DNA of 64,000 nucleotides from Octopus sinensis (GCF_006345805.1 NC_043011.1:50480464-50544463); one strand, 5' to 3'; positions 13,497-27,185 are shown, numbered from the stretch's first letter. Notes: generated by a model not told the origin, from the letters alone. A program made the numbers and translations.

Positions 13497-13896
13497 CAGT
13501 AGTTTTTATGGCGGTGCCCCAGCATGGCCACAGCTCAAGAGCTGAAACTGGAAAATATAAACATAAAAAAAATACATATATATGTATGGATCAATAGGTA
13601 GAAACGCCGAAAGGGTCTCCACTACATCTAGCGACATATTCACTTAAAACAATTTGGGAAAGCATGGTACAAACAACCGGTTCCTAAATTGCAAGAGAAT
13701 TGCTAGACATATGTGCGTGTGACCGTGTATCCGTGTGTGCATGTTTCTATGAAGGTATGTGGTCGAGAGGTGGGCAAGTTGCACTCGAAATCATAAGGTC
13801 CTCTGTTTGAATCGTAGACCAGCCGGCGAATAGATGTATTCTGTCCTTGAGCAAATTCAGGTCACTCCTGTTCTAAAAATGAGTACCAGATGGTGC

Positions 13897-13984
<88 letters not shown>

Positions 13985-14289
13985 AATTATATCTATCTCG
14001 CTCTCAATCTCTCTCTTTTCTTCATTTTCTTTCTTTCGCTCTCTCTTATTTCTCTCTGAATCTTTTCATTTTTCTCTCTCTTTCTCTTTCAGCTGTCACG
14101 TCTACGATAATCCACTGAATCAATAAATGGAAACGCCGAAAAGGCGTCCACTTCTCCTAAAACAATTTGAGAAAACACGGTACAAGCTACCAGGTCTTCC
14201 TCGGCTGCATCTATTTGGATGTATGTATGTGTGTACAGATACATGTATTTACATACACTTACAAAGACACACACATACACACTCACACA

Positions 14290-14331
<42 letters not shown>

Positions 14332-14714
14332 CGTACATGTGTATATATATGAGACGTATTGGTATCCAGAACACCCAAGTTGGCAGGCAATGCTATGTAA
14401 GTTCTATGGGAGGACCGTAGTTAAGCTCTCGGTTCGATAATGATACGATTGAAGAATCTATTTTTCATTTTTATTCTTACATTCATTGTCCTATTTCCCT
14501 ATATACTCCTTATTTCCTTCCTTTTCCAAAATAACTCAGATTGAACTCTAATATTTCCCTCTATTTAACCATCTCAGATCGTCTCTAGTGAAGGGATATC
14601 CTTAACATCCTAGAAACAGCTGTAAGGCTAACTATTTCTTTATGAATGTCCTAAAAATTCCACACAGCCTTGACCTTGTTGTCACATTTTATTTAATAGA
14701 CACACACACATATG

Positions 14715-14773
<59 letters not shown>

Positions 14774-14774
14774 A

Positions 14775-16036
14775 TTATGTTGTCAAGAAAGTTCTTGCGG
14801 ATTTTAACCTTTAAATTCAGATGCACACATCTCAGCTCAACCAAACCTTTATTAATCGAAATAAACACCATCAGAATCAACACACCTTTACCAATGCGAA
14901 ACAAGTTTTTTTTATGCCAGTAGCATAAAAATCTTGCGTTCTGGTGGCGATGAAGTCGTTGAAGACGAGTTTGGCATTGTCTTGGTTTTTGAAGCATTTC
15001 TCACACAGGATGTTGTCGAGATGCTTGAAAAAGTGGTAGTCGGTAGTCGTGAGGTCTGGTGAGCATGGCGGATGAGGCAGAGTTTCGTAGTCCAATTCGT
15101 TCAATTTCTGCAGGGTCACTTGTGCGACGTGCGGCCGAGCGTTGTCATGGAGAAGAATTGGTCCTTTTGTTTTGACCGATGCTGGCTATTGTAGTCGGAG
15201 TTTCTTATGCATTTCATCCATTTGCTGTCAATACTTCGCGGTAATGGTTTCGCCTGGATCCAAAAAGCAGTGATCGATGAAACCGGCAGCAGACCACCAA
15301 ACAGTCACCTTGACCTTGTTTCGGGAAGTGCAGCGGAGCGTCGTCGGCATCTTACCACTAAGCTGAGCGTCGCCGGTTATCGTAAAGAATCCACTTTTAA
15401 TCGCAAGTCACAATCCGGTCGAGAAACGGGTCGTTTTTGTTGCGTAAAAGAAGGGAAGACGGCGTTTTTTAAGGTTGTCGTTCAATTCGTGCGGCACCTA
15501 TTTCTCAAATATTTTTGTTTTACCAATTTTCCAATCTCTTTCAAGTGGTTGAAAATTGCCGTATACGTTACGTCTAATTCAAAAGCAAGCTCTCGAACAG
15601 TTGTGCGTGGATTGACTTCCACTAAGGCTCTTAATTGATCGTTGTCAACATCCGATGGCTAACCACTACGCTTATCATCTTCAAGACTCTAGTCACCGTA
15701 AGGAAATTTCTTGAACCACTATTATTCTGTACGTTCATTAGTGGTTCCTGGACCAAACGCATAGTTGATATCGGGAGCTATTTCAGCAGCTTTTCGGCCT
15801 AGCTTGAAATGGAATAAGAAAATTGTGCGAATTTGCTTTTTGTCCATATTGTATTCAACATACCGGAAAAAAATGTTCTAATTATTCAAAAAGAAAAAGA
15901 GTAACACGATTAGATAGGGCAAAAAATGGGCTTTAAAATGATATATAAAGTCAAAGTAATTTGACGAAAATTAATTTGAAAATACATCATTTAAAACCAA
16001 AATAAAAAATTCTGAAGAACTTTCTTGACAACTTTA
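14775..16036 (-). mobile_element. Mariner DNA transposon (Hsmar1/cecropia-like), near full length, transposase disrupted
   Basis: TIR TTA(T/G)GTTGTCAAGAAAGTTCTTGC, TA TSD, remnant LQKLNELDYETLPHPPCSPDLTTTDYHFFKHLDN. Confidence 0.92.
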
Positions 16037-16170
16037 TATATATATATATACTATATATTATTATATATATATAGTCACTACACTGAGGATGAAGTTTTTT
16101 TCTCTACAGAAAAAATTCCATCAAGAAATGTGGCACCATATTAAAATACTTTACGGTTAAAATTATAAAC

Positions 16171-16531
16171 AACTTATAAATAAGGGCTAAAGTTAATTAT
16201 TTCTATGCCAATATGCTGATAACAGGCTTTTAAATCGTCAATTTCCACATATATATTTACTCGCTATGGGCGCATGTAAGTATCTTATTTATATCCTTTC
16301 GTAAGTTCTACTGAGGAGGAATAAGTCTTTTATGAGATAAATTCCGAAATTGATTCAATATAGAAATAACGAATTTTTAAAAATCCTAACGGCCGGCTTG
16401 CCCGACTTCAGTTTTTCGGATTTTTTTTCTTTTTTGTAGCGAGTAAATTATATGTGGAAATTGACGATTTAATAGTCTGTTATCAGCATATTGGCATCGA
16501 AATAATTTTCTTTAGCCCTTATTTATAAGTT
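16171..16531. repeat. About 95-bp inverted repeats (16171-16266 / 16437-16531) enclosing a hammerhead motif
   Basis: About 5 substitutions and 1 indel between arms; the element is (TA)n-flanked. Confidence 0.9.
16306..16365 (+). ncRNA. Minimal type I hammerhead ribozyme motif
   Basis: TTCTA-CTGAGGA-GGAAT...ATTCC-GAAA-TTGA-T-TCAA-TA-TAGAA: stem I TTCTA/TAGAA, intact core, 5-bp stem II, palindromic stem III, cleavage triplet ATA (after 16360). Confidence 0.8.
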
Positions 16532-16586
16532 ATATATATATATTATACATACATACATACATACATACATACATACATACATACAT

Positions 16587-16617
<31 letters not shown>

Positions 16618-17316
16618 TATATATGTAAGCATTTATGTGTATTTATAACTATATTCTTTTGAGGAATAACATCAACAATGCATGTGTGTGTCTGAGAGAG
16701 AGGGAGCGAGAGCGAAAGAGAGAGGGAGAGCATACATTTTTACAAATGCATCTGTATGAATATATTATGTGTGGTTTAATATGTGTATATGTTAGCATAT
16801 ATACGTATGTGCATGTGTGGATCTGTATGTGTGAATGTATATGCATGTGGAGGAGTGTATGCAGGCCTCTAGGTATGTGTGTGTATACGTGTGTTTGTGT
16901 CTATGCGCGTATATAAGTGTCTTTGCACGTAGGTGTTAAAAAAATACGCGTGTGTATCACTATATATATTTCAGTCTATGTATATATGTATTTTTGTATG
17001 TATTCATAAATTTATGTAATTACACATGTATGAAAACATTTATTATGTATGTGTGTATGTATGTATGTGTGTATGTATTATGTGTTATCTACATACTTAC
17101 ATACCTACATACCTACCTATCTATCTATCTATCTATCTGTCTGTCAATCTATCTATCTACCTACCTACTACTACCTATCTATCTATCTATCTGTCTATCT
17201 ATCTTCTACATATCTGCCTATCTACAGATATGTATGCATGCATGTGGTTATATATATATATATAATATATTATATATATTATATTATATATATATATATA
17301 ATATATATATATATAT

Positions 17317-17370
<54 letters not shown>

Positions 17371-18183
17371 CATATATATATATGTGTGTATACATGCTTA
17401 TATGTATTTGTCTTACAACTCTTTTTAAAATATTATTTATTCTGTCATAATTAGCATGGAGTTTTTTTTACATAGTTTTTTCGGCTTTATTCGATTTACA
17501 AATACACATTACCCTTAAACGCACGCGTACACACACATTCACACACATATATTCCCACATACACACACATAATTTTATATGTCTGAGTAAATAGAGAGGG
17601 GGGGAAGAGGACAGTGAAATGAAACGTAAGGGGGGTGAGGAACCGAAACCATTATAATTAAATCAAATATATATCTATGGTTTAGTTTTTCGGGATTTTT
17701 TCTGCATCCTTGCAATTATCTATGTATATTGCACATATGCATCTGTGTGTGTATGTGTGTGTGTGTGTAAATCGTGTGTTGTTATCTGTATATGAATGTA
17801 CGTATGTATGCATGTATGTATTTACGTATATGTTAAAACGTAAGCATGTGTGAATCTTTGGGATATATGTTCGTATGTGTATGCACATACGTATTGTCTT
17901 AATTTAGTAATTGTGTAGAACGTGTGTGTGTATATATATACAATATATTATATATATATATAAATATATACTATATTATATATATATATAATATATATAG
18001 ATATATATATATATATATAATATTTCTGAGTGCGTGTATGTATAGGAATATGTATGTATGATGTATGTATGCATGTATATGTGCGTATGTGTCCTAAACA
18101 TGCTAGTGTGTAGAATGTATATTTCCATACACACACACATGCACGCATACAAACATAGATATACATAAATGTGTGTATAGAAG

Positions 18184-18215
<32 letters not shown>

Positions 18216-18512
18216 CGGTGGGGCTATGTTTTGCTCTAATATTCATTTCAGTTCTCTATAGTATGCACACCGATCAATAACAAAGTATCATGGCTTCTGT
18301 GTTTGAGTGAAGACAGCGACTGTGATTTTTAAATTTGATTTAAAGCTTGCCTACTGAAGCCGAGTGGCCGAATGCTTTAGATGTTTGACATGATTACAAG
18401 GACGTGGGTTCAATTCCTCTACCAAGTAGTATCTTTAAAACGCAGTTTATTTCACGTTGCTCCTACCTATTCAGCCGTAAATTTGTACCAACCGGAAGTT
18501 AGTTGCCGCAAC

Positions 18513-18561
<49 letters not shown>

Positions 18562-18846
18562 GTATTTCTCTTCGTCTCTCTCTCTGTCTTTCCCTCTTTC
18601 ACTCTCTATGTCTCTTACTCTCTCCCTCTCTTCCTCTCTTTCTCTCTAATATCTCTCTCTAACATCTCTCTTTTTCTTTCTCTCTCTCTCTAATATCTCT
18701 CTGCTTCACTCTCTTCCTCTCTTTATTTTTCTCCCTCATTCGCTCTCCCTCTCTCTCTTCCTCTCTCTCTCTTCTTCTTTGTCTCTGTCTCCCTTACTCT
18801 CTCTCCTTTTCTCTCTCTCTCTTCTTCTTTGTCTCTGTCTCCCTTC

Positions 18847-18877
<31 letters not shown>

Positions 18878-19395
18878 ACCCTCTCTCTCTCTGACCCCAA
18901 TTGTCACACATTCAATGTGCTGCAAGTACCCTGGTGAAGGACCCAAGAGTCTAACTATGTCTGCTTTGACTGTATGGGCATCTGAAGCAATTTACGAAAG
19001 CATAGTGTAACATACATTCACGAGTGGCGGTTTGCTGTATTCTTCCTTGTTCTTTTATATATGTGGATGGCGTGTCAGCGTACCTATATGGAGGATATAT
19101 ATATGTGTGTATCTGTGTGCCTGTGCGTGTTGTGTCTGTAACTATATAAAGTAACATTGTGGGTTATGATTGTGAAAATGTGTGAAAATGTAGGCATATG
19201 GATCCCGCATTTGCCAACTCTACTCCTACGTGAGACTATCAACCTAGAGATCCATCAACAGGAGGAATGAATGATCTTATTGTTGCCAGCAGTGATACAC
19301 CCTCTTACTGAACTGCAAGCAACTGGCCGCCGAAAATTCAGCTGGGCTTGGCTGCTTTATTCAAAGGGCAGGTTACTTATATATGGTTTCTGCCA

Positions 19396-19811
19396 GCGGC
19401 GAGCTGGCAGAAACGTTAGCACGCCGGACAAAATGCTTAGCAGTATTTCGTCTGCCGCTACGTTCTGAGTTCAAATTCCGCCGAGGTTGACTTTGCCTTT
19501 CATCCTTTAGGGGTCGATTAAATAAGTACCAGTTACGAACTGGGGGTTGATATAATCGACTTAATCCGTTTGTCTGTCCTTGTTTGTCCTCTCTGTGTTT
19601 AGCCCTTTGTGGGTAGTAAAGAAATACGTATTTCGTTTGCTGTTATGTTCTGAGTTCAAATTCCGCCGAGGTTGACTTTGCCTTTCATCCTTTAGGGGTC
19701 GATTAAATAAGTACCAGTTATGCGCTGGGGGTTGATATAATCGACTTAATCCGTTTGTCTGTCCTTGTTTGTCCTCTCTATGTTTAGCCCCTTGTGGGTA
19801 GTAAAGAAATA
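19396..19811 (+). mobile_element. SINE family B (Meta/Sauria-like central domain) with internal tandem duplication of its body
   Basis: Head GCGGCGAGCTGGCAGAAACGTTAG; GACTTTGCCTTTCATCCTTT.GGGGTCGAT..ATAAGTACCAG occurs twice. Confidence 0.82.
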
Positions 19812-19867
19812 GGTTACTTATGTAGCCCTTTCCACGCAGATCCTCCAGCCTTATATGATTTTCTTTA

Positions 19868-20125
19868 TATTATTCTTTATCTTTCATCTTATCTCTTTTA
19901 CTTGCTTCGGTCATCTGACTGCGGCCATGCTGAGGCACCGCTTTGAAGGGTTTTAGTCAATCAAATAACCCCAGGGTTTTTTTAAAGCCTACTACTTATA
20001 TAATTGGTATTTTTTACCAAGCAGCTAAGTTACCGAAAAACAAACACTAACACCAGTTGTTTGTCAAGTGGCGGTGAGGGACAAACACCGACAAAAAACA
20101 CGCACAGATAGATGTACTCATATAT

Positions 20126-20203
<78 letters not shown>

Positions 20204-20600
20204 TTATTTTATTTATTTTATATGTTTGCTCCATCTCTAGCCACGCCTGGCTCATAAGGGCCAGTTTCCCGTTTTTCCTGGGCGTATATACCACCTGGAC
20301 GGGACGCCGTCCGTTGTAGGTGAGCTGCAAGATGCAGGAGGAAAGAGTGAGAGAAAGTCGTGGCGAAAGAGTAGGCATAAGTTCGCTATTACCTTCTGCC
20401 GGAGCCGCGTGGAGCTTAGGTATTTCGCTCATAAGCACTCACATAAAACCATATATATATATATATACATACCACGGGCTTTGTCGGCCCGAAACTATAG
20501 TAGAAAACATTTTACCCAGGGTGCCGCGCAATGGGACTGAACCCGGAACCATGTGGTTAGGAAGCAGACTTCTTACCATACGGCAACGACTACACGCGGC
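19868..20600 (-). mobile_element. Older SINE family C split by (TA)n and a D-like SINE
   Basis: 3' half at 19868-20100, 5' half at 20455-20600. Confidence 0.7.
20222..20432 (-). mobile_element. Diverged family D-like SINE fragment nested in a family C SINE
   Basis: Shares AAGCTCCACGCGGCTCCGGCAG, CTTTCTCTCACTCT and GGCGTCCCGTCCAG motifs. Confidence 0.65.
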
Positions 20601-20794
20601 TCTCCATGTGTGTGTGTGTGTATATATATATATGTACATATAATATATATATATATATGTATATATGTATATATATATATTATATATATATTTATAATAA
20701 TATATATTATATATATAATATATATAATGTATATATATATATATAAAATATATATATAGTATATATATATAATATATATATATATAATATATAT

Positions 20795-20840
<46 letters not shown>

Positions 20841-20951
20841 CTAATATGTATAATCATGTATATAATATATAATATATATATAATATGTATATATATAGTT
20901 ATATAATATATATATTATATATATATATATATTATATATAATATATATATA

Positions 20952-21003
<52 letters not shown>

Positions 21004-21020
21004 TATATAATATATATTAA
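20600..21020. repeat. Long imperfect (TA)n array; representative of many TA, CA, CT and TACA microsatellites in the window
   Basis: Direct inspection. Confidence 0.95.
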
Positions 21021-22341
21021 TATTTTCATCTTCATGATGTGAGAAAAATAGAGAATAATGGATAGAGAGAATGATAGAGGGTGAGAGAGAGGAAAGTGTC
21101 ATATAGAGAGAAGAAAGACTAAGAATGGACGAAAGGAAAAAACAAAGATAGAAAGTTATAGAAAAACAGATACGAAGAAAGAGTGAGTGTGAACACAAAA
21201 ACGGACAAAGGTAGTTCATCGGTCACACGAGAGATAGAGGAAGATATAGAAAAGTAAGAGAAGTGAGGGTTGATAGGGAGATGGAAGTGAAGAGGAAGGA
21301 GTAAAGGATACAAGAAAAGGAAGAAGACCGAGAGATGCTTAAGAGAAATAGAGAGGTAAGGAAATTAAGAATAAAAGAAAGATTGATAAGGAGATGTTGT
21401 CGCACAATCTAGAATCCACTGAAGAAAAAGGTACGTGGCATTACATTAATTAATAACCGTATATATTCTGAACGATCACCTTTATGTTTATTTGTGTGAG
21501 TGTTTGTATGCGTGTATGCTTGAATTTGCGTGAGTATACGTGTATGCATGCGCGCGTATGAGGTTACATGACATACACGCAGAACAGACTGAAGATAGTA
21601 AGACAGACAGACAGACAATGGTAAACAAATAGATAATTCTGGACTGTCTAGTCTTCGTGTTTACATTCAAACTGTATTTTTAGAGTTTTCGTCTGAGAAT
21701 AAATGATAAATGATCAAACGAACTGTTAAAATCCCATTTATATCCCTCACTCAGCAACGGCGTCCATCATTCTATCTTTTGCAGCGCTGCAATACACCAG
21801 AACCATCGATGCCAACTTGAAAGATAAAATGGTTTATAATAGAGCTCAATTATTTAGAGAAAATAATATATTGAATATGTGTTATAGGTAATCGATATAG
21901 GTAATTAACAGAGGTAATATGTATACGTATATATATATGTGTGTGTTTATGTGTGTGTGTGTATGCATGCATGTATGTATGTATGTGTGTATGCACGTAA
22001 AGGTATATACATATATAAATATATAAGTATATATATATATGTATATTTATATATATATATATAATTTTAATCCAAACGGGAAAACAGAAAAAACACAACA
22101 CGTGGAACAATTACATGTATTATTATTAATAGGCGCTCAGGAAAGATGGAAGCAGATATATATATATTTATATGTCTCTATGTGTGTATACTTATGTACA
22201 TACATATATACATTTACTATATAACATATATAGACATATATATATATATATATATCTATATATATATATATATATAATATTATATAGATATATATATATA
22301 TATATAGTATTATATATATACATATATATATATATACATAC

Positions 22342-22610
22342 ATCTTGGTTGTCTACTCCTTATTCAGAGTTTGACCACCTCCTTTACCTACACCTTGCGC
22401 ACCATCATGGCATTTGTGTGGCTTTTTTAAACGAAACCAGACAATTTCTGAAAAGACACCCACATAGAGACGCGCTCCGCCATTTGGACCATCAAGAGCT
22501 ACAGATGAGTTCTGATCTTTGTGTATCTTAAAATTTCTTTTGAGGCCTCCGTTGGATTTGCAAACCTTCTGGCCTACACTGCATTCAAAGGTGTGCACAG
22601 ACAAAAAATT
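22342..22610 (-). mobile_element. RTE-type LINE C-terminal remnant with degenerate C2H2-like fingers
   Basis: FECSVGQKVCKSNGGLKRNFKIH, followed by a short 3' end into (TA)n. Confidence 0.55.
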
Positions 22611-23222
22611 ATTCTGCGTTCATGAGTAGAAATATACCAATAATATATAAACGAGAAATACAAGTCCCCGCCGATAAATCCATTCGTAGATGCCAATACA
22701 TACATACGTCCATTTCCCGCGTATACATTTCATCTTCCTGCCCATCTCGACCATGCTGTTAATGTCAGGAATCATACGGGCTAAATGCTGTTCAGAATTA
22801 TATCATCCTGACTAGAGAACTTTAAAATTCTTAATACTCATAAGATAAGGATATCATAAGAAAAAGTGATTATATCAATGGCCTATTTTTAGCCAGATTA
22901 TGAAACCTTGAGATATAGAATTATCCAAAATTTTGTATATTTTCTTGCCCGTTCTCCCGCGTTCAACCTGTGGTTGAATATAGAGAACAAATTTTAGCGT
23001 GGGTTGTAGGTATTTGTCATCTACTTCTAACGCAGGCGCAGGCGCAGGTCAGTGAGAACATTTCCAAGAACAGGACAGTGAGAACAGAACAATAAAAACA
23101 GTAAAAAGAGCAGGACAGTGAGAACGTTCTTGTTACCACTTTCACCCTCCGCAAAAAATTCCAAATTTTATTTAATTTGCTTTGCGGCAAGGACTGTTTC
23201 AACGAAGTAGTGTCTTGTCCTT

Positions 23223-23745
23223 GCCACTTCCACCTCTACATGGGCTAAATCATCTCTCAGGACCTGATATCGAATTCCAGATTGGGGACATCAGGGAGAG
23301 AGAGGTGAATGATTTCGTAAGAAAAGCTAGAGCAAAGAGTTCCCCAGGAGGTGATGGCGTCTCATATAAAGTCTATATGTAAACCTCCTCGAGGAATGTG
23401 AAGACGCAGGCTGGAAAGCGGAGCATTTTCCAGTCGACGTTGGATGTAGAGGGTTTGTTGGACACGACACAGTGTGAGATGAATGTTGTTATCGTTAGGC
23501 CTAAGTCATTGTGAAGTCAATACCACCATGAGCGATATCCAAACTACAGTGGAGAAGGTTAGTCACTGGATTTGGTTAAAAAGAGATGGTGAGCGATGGT
23601 TAGAAGAATATTGAGCTTTAATAACTAGTTTTGATAACCAGTTGATCTAAGAAGCCGGACCTCATATCAGTGAGGGGGCCGGTGCTATCGAGAGGAAGGC
23701 CCCGAAACGGCGCGCATTCTCTCCTGATGACCCCATGCACTTGCT
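23223..23745 (+). mobile_element. HERO-like (RLE) non-LTR element, internally deleted
   Basis: EVNDFVRKARAKSSPGGDGVSYKVY fused to EDAGWKAEHFPVDVGCRGFVG and HWIWLKR C-terminal motifs. Confidence 0.7.
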
Positions 23746-24245
23746 GGCTTCCGGTATGCGGAGTTTTTGACTGGTAGCACTTGTATGTGCAAGTTGTTTG
23801 CAAGACATCAAAAGAACAGAACAGTGAGAAAGTTTTTGTTACCACTTTCACCCGCCACAAAAAAATTCCAAATTTTATTTAATTTGCGTTGCGGGAGGGA
23901 CTGTTTTAACGAAGTAACGTCTTGTCCTTCCCCTCGAAAACGCGGAGTAGATGAAACAGGGACAACTGAAGAAGGGGAATATTTTTTTTGTTGTTTGTCT
24001 CTTTTCTCTGTTTGTTTTTTCGTTGTTCGAAAAAAGTTCGTTTCTATGTTTTTGTTTTTATGTTTTCCTTTCTCATAGTGTTCAACGTTTTTTGATGTCC
24101 TGTACCCATATATGCATGTATACATAGATATATATGTAGTTTTGTACATATATGTATGTATATATATGCATATATTTATATATTATTTATATTATTATAT
24201 GATCGAACGCCACGCATCCTTTTCCAAGTAAGTTTTATCTATCTA

Positions 24246-24286
<41 letters not shown>

Positions 24287-24939
24287 TTACATTTTCTATT
24301 AGTATTGAATTTATTATTTATATAGTTATACACTGACGAATATTTGCTTTTATGAAACACTTATCATTATCAAAATGCTAGGTTATTTACATGGATTCAA
24401 GTCTATGCTACCGAATATATCCTTTCACTAATATATTATACTTCCTTGTACAATTAGATATAGACGCCGTGTGTTTCAAACCAGCAGTGATTAAGGAAAT
24501 ATTCCCTCTAACAGTTCTCTCACGCTCTTAACCGGGATATTGGTGCGTTACTCAAATATATATATATATTTCTCGATAGAGAAATGGAAATACCAATTGT
24601 TAGGCAACACTCAAATAAATATAAATAAATATACATTTAGTTTTGCCCATTGTGATTATAAAATGGTTTAATTTTTCTATCGTTGTTTAAAGATCTCCGA
24701 AGGTCTAATCTATGGATAATATATCTGAGAGTGAGATTAAATTTTCTTTCTAGTTGTGGAACTGCCTATTTAAAATTCATTTTGATCTTAATAACCTGAG
24801 TATTGACTTTGGTTTATGTTACCTATAACTCTGATTCACTTGAAAAGCGAGTCTAATTCCCGAACAGAGTTGATCTAAAAATATAAAGAAGAGAAGAATA
24901 CACGAATGTATAATTTTCATTCATAGTTTTACCTTCCAG

Positions 24940-25027
24940 TAATTTAACGCACTTTAACTAATGTTTCGAGAAAATATCTATATTTTCTTTACAACGGTAC
25001 GAAGTGAAACATTATCAGAAGTGCATA
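24940..25027 (+). pseudogene. Decayed exon 3 of a third paralog (gene 0): NLTHFN*CFEKISIFSLQRYEVKHYQKCI
   Basis: Lies in the block paralogous to 37432-37531. Acceptor TTTTACCTTCCAG is kept, but there is an in-frame TAA at 24959-24961, the middle Cys is lost and the donor reads GCAAGT. Confidence 0.6.
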
Positions 25028-25481
25028 GCAAGTAGCTTGCATTACTTCAGTTTTATTCGCCTGAAAGAATGAGCTACTGAAGGATTAACGATTTCAAAGG
25101 AATTGTTTCATTATAAGAATATAAACAATCATTAATTTTCCACCGCAATTGAGCAAGGAAAGAAAGAATGTTGTTTTGACTACAACTACAACGATTTGAA
25201 GGATACGTTGTTGTTTTTTAATTCACTATACTACGGTTGAAACATTTCTATATGTAAAGGCAGCTGACTTCTTGATGTCAGGGAAACAGTATGGCAAACC
25301 TTACTAATATGGCTACAATATCAGTAACATAACAATAAAACATAATAATGCAAAGTCTCCGCAACATAAATTGTATTGTTTTTCAGCAGTATTACAGTGT
25401 AATTTCCTTATTATTTAATAGTAATAGACCAAATGAAAATATTGAAACAGGTGTATTACAACGTGTCTGTCGCATATTATA

Positions 25482-25859
25482 TGGAAGCACTCCGTCGGTT
25501 ACGACGACGAGGGTTCCGGTTGATCCGATCAACGGAACAGCCTGCTCGTGAATTAACGTGTAAGTGGCTGAGCACTCCACAGACACGTGTACCCTTAACG
25601 TAGTTCTCGGGGATATTCAGCATGACAGAGAGTGACAGGCCGGCCCTTTGAAATACGGTACAACAGAAACAGGAAGTAAGAGTGAGAGAAGTTGTGGTGA
25701 AAGAGTACAGCAAGGATCACCACCATCCCCTGCCGGAGCCTCGTGGAGCTTTAGGTGTTTTCGCTCAATAAACACTCACAACGCCCGGTCTGGGAATCGA
25801 AACCGCGATCCTACGACCGCGAGTCCGCTGCCTTAACCACTGGGCCATTGCGCCTCCAC
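25482..25859 (-). mobile_element. SINE family A, full length
   Basis: TSD CGCATATTATA at 25471-25481 and 25860-25870. Confidence 0.92.
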
Positions 25860-26786
25860 CGCATATTATAACAACCTAACTGAAATAGAAGTATTCACGG
25901 TAAAATACATGCGTCAGATATGTAATATATATTCCATGTTTGTTGCAATGTAAATTCTACACCAAAACTTTAAATGCTTCTTTCCATGTAAGGGCAGTTT
26001 TACAAATTTGAATTAGGAAACCGTGTAGTTACAATAACATGATGGATAGTTTAACTTCCGTTATGCACAGAATATTGTAATATGCATAGGAAGTACGGTT
26101 GTAAGAATGAGGTGCAGTTTATATTATGGATACGCTAGCATTATTCCCTGCAGTAATAATTTCAAAGTATTTTAATATATGATTCATTTTAATAATATGA
26201 TAAAATTGTGATAGCATTACCTAGACATTGCGAATAAAATTCTATCGAAAAATGTTCCATTACACTGCTATTTATAACGAGAAAGCACTCGAAAGGAAAA
26301 TTTTGAAGAATAGGTACTTTGTTCCGAATAAACAAGGAACCCATGGCAGCAGGTTCGGAAATCCCCCAAAGAAAGAGAAATTGTTGTAAGACACGGTATG
26401 GTTCGGTTATTCTATATCAACAATTAGTAGCGTCAGCAAGCGTAAGCTGAATCTAATATCCATTCTCCGAAACCTAGACCTACGTCAGATGTGAAAGACA
26501 TAAAAACACAAGATAAACAGACTATGTGAGATACATTCCAGAAAGAACAGGAATCCAAACAAAACCACTTTCTAAGTTAAGTGAAAGAATCTCCGAGCAC
26601 AGCTTATACGATAAAATATGTAACATACACTGCGGTTTGATAAAAGAATCTACCTTAATATATGCTCATAAATAATATATAGAATTATATGCGGACATTA
26701 CTAATTTATTTTATGCTCACACCACCCTAAAAATATATTCCAATTGAATATTAATAGAAGTCTCAGCAGTAGCCAAGTAAAATAGC

Positions 26787-26817
<31 letters not shown>

Positions 26818-26818
26818 T

Positions 26819-27108
26819 GCGCCCTTTTCAAGTCTAGCCAGGCCCATGGGCCCGGTTTCCCGGTTTCTATGGCGTATGTGTTCTCCCCCCCCCCGCCAGC
26901 TGCACGGGACGCCAGTCCATCGCAGCGTTACTCAAGAAACAGGAAGAAAGAGTGAGAGAAAGTTGGGACAAAAGAGTACGACAGGGGTCACCACCACTCC
27001 CTGTCGGAGCCTCGTGGAGCTTTAGGTGTTTTCGCTCAATAAGCACATAAAACGCCCGGTCTGGGAATCGCGAGTCTACTGCCCTAACCACTGGGCAGTC
27101 GCGCCTCC
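26819..27108 (-). mobile_element. SINE family D: family-A head and linker with a V-domain-like 3' half and (TAAA)n tail
   Basis: Matches family A up to TTTCTCTCACTCT..TTCCTGTTTCT, then GCTGCGATGGACTGGCGTCCCG and ...GGCTAGACTTGAAAAGGGC. Confidence 0.8.
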
Positions 27109-27185
27109 AAAACAGCTTCCCAAATTCATATTAAATGTGTGTCAATCTAAAACTTTGAATAACCAAACTTTTCTGTCATTTACAG

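Noticed and set aside
22860-23020. Possible exon 2 of gene 0 (AYF*PDYETLRYR...)
   Set aside because: No acceptor, no cysteines and no flanking intron homology.
23695-23735. GAAAC ... CTGATGA in the HERO-like 3' UTR
   Set aside because: Stem II (GGCCC vs CCCC) cannot pair.
24333-24360. CTGACGA-ATA...TAT-GAAAC hammerhead-like half
   Set aside because: No stem III, cleavage triplet or stem I partner downstream; at best a truncated relic.
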